Assembly (NCBI RefSeq): GCF_000143415.4 | Contig: NW_003314279.1 | Span: forward strand, 1,226,091 to 1,290,090 | DNA length: 64,000 nt | Source: Selaginella moellendorffii | Taxonomy: Eukaryota; Plantae; Lycopodiophyta | Reading direction: 5' to 3' | In this document: positions 57,429 through 64,000 of the stretch, in pieces | Layout: the number at the start of each line of letters is the position of its first letter | How positions within the stretch are numbered: position 1 is the first letter of the stretch | The notes under the pieces: model-generated | Told to the model about the DNA's origin: nothing | What the model saw: only the letters and a program-made list of their open reading frames with translations | The model's database searches: none | Position numbers and translations under genes: made by a program

Positions 57429-58964
57429 TCAAGCTTTCCAAGCAGACACCGAAAGCATTGGAGTGTCTTGCCAGCAAAGGATTAAAGAACCTTTTTCGCG
57501 GTGTAGCTTGTATCCGTCAGGCGAATGTATTGTCAGCAGTCGCTCCGCTTGCACGGCGGTTGTCGGGCTCAGGAGAGACGACGAGAAGTGTGCTTGCTCG
57601 AATCGCCTCTTCCAGCTCGATAGTGTTTCGTGCCTTTCCATCCGTTCCAGGCCCTCGCAAGCCACGATGTTCCTGATCTCCTGCCCGAAGATGAGCCTCT
57701 CCACGGTGATCCTCTCGCTGCTGTGCTGCGGGAGCGTCGAGTCCAGGGAATCGAAGATAGCCGAGTAGTAATGCAGCGCCGGAGCAAACCTCTCGTGTAG
57801 AGCACCATTGTGATTCGACTCCTGTTCCACCACCACCATGATCTTGGGACTCAAGCTGTGGAGGAGCTGCAACACGCGGCTGATTGTGCTGCTCGTTCCC
57901 GCCTTTGCTTCCCTGGGAGCCACTGGAAACACCCCGATTCCCAGCTCTAGCCCCGAGTCGTCGCGACCATTCGTCTCGATGCCATTGAAACCTGTTCCCA
58001 GCGCATCCCGGCTCCGCTTGCACCCGCTCTTGCTCTCCTTGAGCTCCTCCATCTTACAGCTCACAAACCCCGGCTCGCTCTTGCTCCTCTCCTTGAGCGC
58101 CAGGCCAAAACTTGCAGTACCGCCACCATCACCACCTCGGACTTTGCCATCCTCCTTCTCGTCGGCCAGGAGCGAATGGAGCTGCATGAGCGACGTCACA
58201 GCCACTGCCTCGCCGCTCTTGACGCCCAGCATGTCGCGCTCGAGCGCCGCCGGGCTCACCGCCACCGGGTGGAACTGGAAAGGGATGTCCAGCCGCTCTG
58301 CGCTCTCGGTGAGCTTCTGGCCCATGAGCGCCAGCACCTCGCGCTTCTCGTTCACCGCAGTGATCCGCAAGTGTGGAGGACCCTCCGGACGGCTACTAAA
58401 TGCCTGTAAGAGCGCCAGCCACTGGAGAACACTATTGCCACCGCCCACCTCCAAGTCCACGACGTGTACCACCTTCTCGCCTTGCATCGCGTCCAGGATG
58501 GCCTGGTTTGCCGTGAGGTAGCCGAACTTGAGGTACGGCGAGACCGAGAAGAGGATGTGCCGGGCCGCCGCTATGTCCGAGTCCGAGGAGAGCCGGGTGG
58601 AGTAGAGCGCCTTGTAGAGGCCGGGCCAGGACTTGGTGACCCGCGCAGCCAGCCCCTCGAGGAAATAGGTTGCCACGCGCTGCATTGGATCGCCGGTGAG
58701 CGACGCCAGGCCCGATAGCTGCTCCATGAAGAGATTGGCGTGCTGGAGATCGTTGCTGGCCACCGCATTGGCGCAGAGGTAGAGGAGGTGGATGAGGCGG
58801 AGGCCGCGCTCCTCCGACGATGGCGGCGGCGCCGGCGCGGTGGCGGTGGCGGTGGTGGTGGCGGCGGCGGCGGCGGGCGGAGAGGAGGATTGCAGTGACA
58901 GCAGAGAGTGAGAAATCGAGGCCTCCGACGGTGATGCGCTGTCCGCCTTGATCATTCCTGGCAT
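57429..58964 (-). CDS. SCL3: GRAS transcription factor, SCL3-like
   Basis: ERGLRLIHLL..GDPMQRVATYF; VHVVDL (VHIID); LSPKIMVVVEQESNHNG; NIVACEGLERMERHE; VSAW. Confidence 0.92.
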   Translation of the reverse strand: MPGMIKADSASPSEASISHSLLSLQSSSPPAAAAATTTATATAPAPPPSSEERGLRLIHLLYLCANAVASNDLQHANLFMEQLSGLASLTGDPMQRVATYFLEGLAARVTKSWPGLYKALYSTRLSSDSDIAAARHILFSVSPYLKFGYLTANQAILDAMQGEKVVHVVDLEVGGGNSVLQWLALLQAFSSRPEGPPHLRITAVNEKREVLALMGQKLTESAERLDIPFQFHPVAVSPAALERDMLGVKSGEAVAVTSLMQLHSLLADEKEDGKVRGGDGGGTASFGLALKERSKSEPGFVSCKMEELKESKSGCKRSRDALGTGFNGIETNGRDDSGLELGIGVFPVAPREAKAGTSSTISRVLQLLHSLSPKIMVVVEQESNHNGALHERFAPALHYYSAIFDSLDSTLPQHSSERITVERLIFGQEIRNIVACEGLERMERHETLSSWKRRFEQAHFSSSLLSPTTAVQAERLLTIHSPDGYKLHREKGSLILCWQDTPMLSVSAWKA

Positions 58965-59201
58965 CTTCCGGCTGGGAAGCGCGGATTTCTTGCTCCCAGC
59001 CCCGGGTATGTCGGCGAGATCAGAGCCTCGTCGCGCCGGCGCAACCTAGAAACCTCTCCCTTCCCTTCGGGAGAAAGAAGAGCGAGACAAGATCGATCAC
59101 TTACACGGTTCCGCCTTGGCGCGCCGATCATCACCAGATGGAGCGCCACCGGGGACGAAGACGACGGCGGCCGCCATAGCCAGGAAGCTCCTCGCGCCGG
59201 C

Positions 59202-59211
59202 CCTCTCTCTC

Positions 59212-59242
<31 letters not shown>
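59202..59242. repeat. (CT)n/(GA)n microsatellite in the GRAS 5' region
   Basis: CTCTCT run. Confidence 0.85.
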
Positions 59243-59245
<3 letters not shown>

Positions 59246-59813
59246 ACCAAGAACTTACAATTTATAGGGCGAGAATTTAGCGCATTGGCATTCCACTTAA
59301 GAAGAGGTGCTTAAGTTAACCCCCACGACTCTAGAGGTTTCTTTTTCTTTGGCGAGGTACGCTAGTTGCAAAGCCGGTTGGTGGCGAATGCTACCCCAAC
59401 AAACAAAAGGAAAAACATATTAAAGGTATTATTTAAAGAAAAGATGAGACGATGGTTGACGGAAAAAGGTGGCGGTGGTGCCTTGTTGTTGCTGGTGGGG
59501 TTTACATAAACACACATATCCCTTCCTGGCCAACCGGGACGAAGGTCTAAGTTTCTTTAGAAGGGCCACCACCTTTTCTTTGTTTTAATATACTCAGGGT
59601 GGACATTCCACTGGGGGTTGAGTGACGAATCAAATCGTACGGTTGGTTTGTCTTGACACGATCCCAGTGCTTTGTCTCTTTGTTGTTACCGTGGCGGGGT
59701 CAAGGCCACTATCGACGACGAAAGGGTTTAACGCCAAAGTAAAAGTCCATTTTTAACACGGGTCGGTGAAAGAAAAATTAATGGAAATTAGGGTTTAGAC
59801 AATAGGTTGCACA

Positions 59814-61210
59814 ATGGCTCTAGAGGGACGAAGAGCTGACGAGCAATGGGGGAGAAAGAGGCGCAGGGTTTGCAGCCATGGTAAATTGCGAATCTTGGGG
59901 CTTGTTTTGATCTAACTTTCGCTCGTTGTCAAGAACAAGTAGAGGTCTCTGACGACGGCGGCGAGACGTGGCGCAGAGCGGAGAGGAAGTTCGAGTGCTG
60001 CGCGGGGAAATGCAACCGGAGGTATGGAAATCTGCGCTCGTTTAACGAGCACCGGTGTGAGAGGCACAAGCTCCCGCCCGTGTCGCAGCTGCCCAAGGGC
60101 TTCAAATCGCGCAAGGGCGTCCCGCACGGCACGTACTACGCGCTCAAGAAGCAGCGCTACAACGAGGTCAAGGACTCTCTGCGCTTCAAGTGGAAGACCC
60201 AGCTCCAGAACGCGCGAGCGAACTTGAAAAAGGACTACATCCGGGTGTGGGATCCCAGCGGCAACTTCTCGCGCGAGCACTGGATCCGGAGGGTGGACAA
60301 GCTTCTCATACGGAAGATGAACGCCATGAGGGAGGAGCATCCTTTGGTGAGTTGGAAGTTCTAGCTAGATTTCGTTCTTCTTTGCTAGTTTCTACGTTTT
60401 GCTTTTGCGAGTTTATATGAGCTCCCGCATTGTAGGAAAGGTATCGGCCACAAGCTGGAGGCCGGCCATCGCACCAGGCTCGAATCGCGAGGCTCGAGGC
60501 TCTTAAGGCGGAAGTGGAGAGCTACAACGAAGAAGACGAGGATGTGAACGAGTATAACTCTTCCGAAGAAAACGAGCATGAGGTAAGGTGTCGCAAATGA
60601 TTTCTTCGTTGTGTTTTCGAATCGTCCTCATGATCAACAGGATGAACACGAGGATGATCGGCGAAACTCCATTTCAGAAGCCGAAGATGATGAGGTAACA
60701 AGCTATAATCTCTTATAGCGCTTCGTTTTGACATGATCCTCTCAGATGGATGGAAATGCTTTTGCCGCTCGCGATTCGATCGTGGAGATCCTCATGAACA
60801 TCAAGGTGAGCTATTTGACTATTGTCTACTTATTCATTGTCCGCGAACCTATTGTCAATTCTATAGGATGGTAGTAGTCACCACCACAACACAGCTCAAA
60901 CTCAGGTAATATTTCTCGTTTGCAAAGCTCTTTCTCTGGCACTTCACACTGTGATCTAAACAAGATGGATGCTTCGCATTCTCTTAAAGAGCAGGTGCGC
61001 CATGAAACTCACGAGCTTTTTCTTTTTCTTTCTGGACAGATCGAAGAACATCGAGAGACAATAGACGACATCAAGGCCACCGCTCGCAAGGAGATCGAAA
61101 AAATCACAGGATGGATAGCTAGGCAAAAGGAATTGATAGATAGTACCAAAGATGTGCAAGTTGCTCGAGAAATCTGTGAGACCATGAAGCATATCATCCA
61201 GAAATTATAA
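59814..61210 (+). CDS. Multi-exon protein of unknown function with NLS and C2H2-like zinc finger (exon model approximate)
   Basis: MALEGRRADEQWGRKRRRVCSH|EQVEVSDDGGETWRRAERKFECCAGKCNRRYGNLRSFNEHRCERHK, in frame with ORF 60080-60364; acidic middle; coiled-coil last exon. Confidence 0.55.
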
Positions 61211-61334
61211 TCCCCACTAGTCGTTTGCGAGGTGGACTTCACAATGATCCTCTTGAAAGTTGGCATTGCTACAAAACAAGGGAAAAGCATTGGAAATGCC
61301 ACTCGCTGATTAAAACCTCAAGAGCTTTCCAAGC

Positions 61335-62528
61335 ATGGATCCACACGCAGCGATGAACGCGGACGCGGGCCGGGACTTGGACGTGGTAATGACGGTGAGT
61401 TCTCGATCAAACTTCCAGTCTCTCTTCTCGGCCTGGAAGCCTGTCCTCCAGGACCACCACCTCATCGTAGTTTTGGAGACGGACGACGCCATGGACGAGG
61501 AGGAGCAAGACGAGCAGCAAAAAGTTCTGCAAAACCTCCTCCTCCTCCACGAACTTAACTCCGAGGTCGTCACCAAGCGGGACGCCGAGAAGTTCCTGGA
61601 GGCCCTGGCCACCAAGAGCAGCAAGCGCCACTCCATCACGCTCAGCTCCCTCCTCCTCAATCCTTTCGTTGGAAGCGCCTGTCGATCCTTCGGCTTTCTC
61701 GTCTCCAAAGCCCGCTACGTCGTCTCCTTCCTCGAGGACGTTGTCCCGGCCAAAGATCTCGGCTCCGGAGAGCTCCTGGACGCTGTCGAGCAGCACCTGG
61801 CCAATCTACGCTCCAAGGCCACGCCGTACTACTTCAACACCCTGTATGATCCACACCGCGCGGACTCGGTCGGCTTTGTCCGCGGCTACCCGTTTAGCCT
61901 GCGTCTCGGCGTCACCACCGTCATGTCGCACGGCTTGTCGCTCGGCTTGCCCGACTATGACGCTCCCACGGCCATTGTCAAGCCACACGAGCGCACGCAG
62001 CGCTACGTGGACGCCGTCGTCACCATCCCCAAAGGCTCACTATTCCCTCTCAGCGGATCCAACGTAGCGTTTGATCGACGGCTGATAGGACCATGCATGC
62101 TTCTTCGTCTAGGCATCGGCGGCCAGGATTCGCTGTTCTCGGGCTCTAGCAGCTCCACGAGTGTCGATGATGTCTGGGCTGGCTTGTGTGCTAAAGTGGT
62201 AGCGGACCATCTCGGCTTTGGCGTCAAGACTGGAGTTCCATACGTTTGGAGAGGACCTGATAGTTCTTTTTCTTCCAATGGCGCTGTTGCTGGGGCTCTT
62301 GCAAGCTTGAAGACCGAGTTTAAACCGCTGCTCCTGCTGGAAGACGTCGTACCTTTCTTCCAAACTCTTCGGCTTTCCAAGAATGCTACTAACGCGGAGG
62401 ATTGCTACGCGGAGATTGCTCGAATGGTTAAAGGTAAGCTGAGAGGTCTCGATCCGAGCTTTGAAAGAGTAGCTGCTGTCATGGAGACCTGGGCTGATGC
62501 CTGGAAAGCCATCAACTCTGCTGTGTAA
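61335..62528 (+). CDS. RGP: Reversibly glycosylated polypeptide / UDP-arabinopyranose mutase family (GT75), intronless, class-2-like
   Basis: SACRSFGFLVSK; TPYYFNTLYDP; FVRGYPFSLR; PDYDAPT; DDVWAGLCAKVVADHLGFGVKTGVPYVW. Confidence 0.92.
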   Translation: MDPHAAMNADAGRDLDVVMTVSSRSNFQSLFSAWKPVLQDHHLIVVLETDDAMDEEEQDEQQKVLQNLLLLHELNSEVVTKRDAEKFLEALATKSSKRHSITLSSLLLNPFVGSACRSFGFLVSKARYVVSFLEDVVPAKDLGSGELLDAVEQHLANLRSKATPYYFNTLYDPHRADSVGFVRGYPFSLRLGVTTVMSHGLSLGLPDYDAPTAIVKPHERTQRYVDAVVTIPKGSLFPLSGSNVAFDRRLIGPCMLLRLGIGGQDSLFSGSSSSTSVDDVWAGLCAKVVADHLGFGVKTGVPYVWRGPDSSFSSNGAVAGALASLKTEFKPLLLLEDVVPFFQTLRLSKNATNAEDCYAEIARMVKGKLRGLDPSFERVAAVMETWADAWKAINSAV

Positions 62529-62659
62529 GATCTTCAAACAAAATTTATTACCTCTGAACGAAAGCCGAATAAAATATGAGTTATCTTCACCGGTGCTTCA
62601 CCTCTTTTGGCAATCTCGAGGTCGGCAGAGTGTCCAGAGTACTGCAGCCAAGAGTACTA

Positions 62660-64000
62660 CGGTAGAAGCTCCAGCAGAAGAAATAAAACCAAACTGAGGA
62701 CAAGTCTTTTGTGACAGTTGTAGAGACATAGTGCCGAACTTGCTCCGAGGACGAGACCCCCCAACCCTGCTCAAATAAAGAATTTATTAACCAAAACAAG
62801 TTCAGAGACAAACCATACCCGATTGCATTTTTGAAGGCTTGCCAAAATCCAGTTTCCCCATTTCCTGTTGATAAAGTGCTCAAGCATTGTAAGAAACCAC
62901 AAAATTACTTTACCTTGAGTCGATTTTCTCCCACTGAAAGTGTTCTTTGTTTTCCAATCGCTCTTCAACCTTTGCAAATGAGCCAGTCGTTCAACCAGCT
63001 GAATTTCCTCAGAGCTGCAACAAAAAAAATATTGAACGACAAATCCAGTGCAGCTGTTTCACGCACCTCAAGGACCTGGGAATTTTTACTTGAATTGTAA
63101 AAATGTGGCTACCCCGAGTACGCGGTGAACCTAGCCTCGGAACACCTTGATTTGGAAGCACCACCGTGTCACCGGGTTGAGTACCTGGAGGGATTCGTAT
63201 AACAGCTTTACCACCCAGTGTATTCACCTACAAAACTTGGACGTAAGCCACGCAATCCAGCCCACAAAAAAGAGTGTTACCTCCACTAATGTCCCAAGGA
63301 TAGCATCCACATAACTAACCGAGATGGTAGAAACGAGGTTATTCCCCTCCCTTTTGATGCCAGGATAATCTTTTACTTTCAAAGAGATGTAGAGATCTCC
63401 AGGCGGGGTCCTATAAAAAAAAACAATGTGTTTTGAAGTAGATTTTGTTTCGAAGATCGTACCTCCTCGGCCCTGCATGTCCTTCATGAGGCACTCGTAG
63501 TGTGTTGCCATTTTTCACACCGGCTGGCACCTTCACGTCAATCGTTTTCTTGGTTAAAACTACGCCTTCGCCTCCGCAAGTTCTACAGTAGTCGAGAATG
63601 ACTTCGCCCCGGCCCTCACAATCTGTACAAACTGAAACCTGTGGCATAAGCGAAACTTAAGAGCCTAAGTAGGAAACACAGCTGCCATTACCCTGGAAAA
63701 TGTACCGTAGCTTGCTTGCTGTGTTTCAAATGTTTGTCCTCTGCCACGGCAACCCTTACATGGCTTCACCTTTCCTAAGTACGCCCCAGAGCCATCACAA
63801 CTGTTGCATGTTTCTAAATGTGAAACTTCGATCTTCTTTTCTGCTCCAAAAATTCCTTCCGTAAACTCCAAATGCAGCTCGTACCTGGCTTCACAGAATC
63901 AGAGCAGCGTATACATCAATCAGAGATTATACCCAAGATCCGCGCCCTGGAAGTTCTCGGGTCTCATTCCAGCCATTTCTCCAAATACAGACCGGAAGAT
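62660..64000 (-). CDS. Type I DnaJ (Hsp40) chaperone, 3' part; continues beyond the window
   Basis: CNSCDGSG, CKGCRGRG, CTDCEGRG, CRTCGGEG repeats; VPAGVKNG; PGDLYI; IPPGTQPG. Confidence 0.92.

Overview
Compact land-plant nuclear DNA. Short introns, PLS-class PPR genes, Aux/IAA and GRAS genes and the ciliary genes CEP164 and CFAP20 point to a plant with flagellated sperm, most likely the lycophyte Selaginella; the organism call is inference. Bases 2111-22404 are a nest of four mobile elements. An old non-chromovirus Ty3/gypsy element (175-bp LTRs) is split at its RNase H active site by a Sola-type DDE DNA transposon (4347-19482, 24-bp TIRs, ACGT TSD). That transposon in turn hosts a young integrase-deleted chromovirus (8143-14533) and a MITE of its own family (18790-19076). 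The most unusual feature is the Sola element. Besides its transposase it carries a divergent, spliced ~724-aa gene with a ParB/DGQHR-like domain, and it contains ~18 copies of a 22-bp palindrome (ATGGCRTG-N6-CAYGCCAT) concentrated in introns and subterminal DNA and retained in the MITE. This is a candidate ParB-parS-like protein/operator module in a eukaryotic transposon. Bases 22.5-33 kb hold a PPR gene, a tandem-HSP20-domain gene and deletion-riddled pseudogenes (FUT13, VIT, ECD x2). Bases 33-64 kb are gene-dense: FUT13, LYR, Aux/IAA, CEP164, reticulon, a spliced small membrane ORF ending 5 nt before CFAP20, a probable Helitron, two overlapping PPRs, RSS3-like, SCL3-like GRAS, a zinc-finger gene, RGP/UAM and a partial DnaJ. 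All identifications are by eye; no searches were run.
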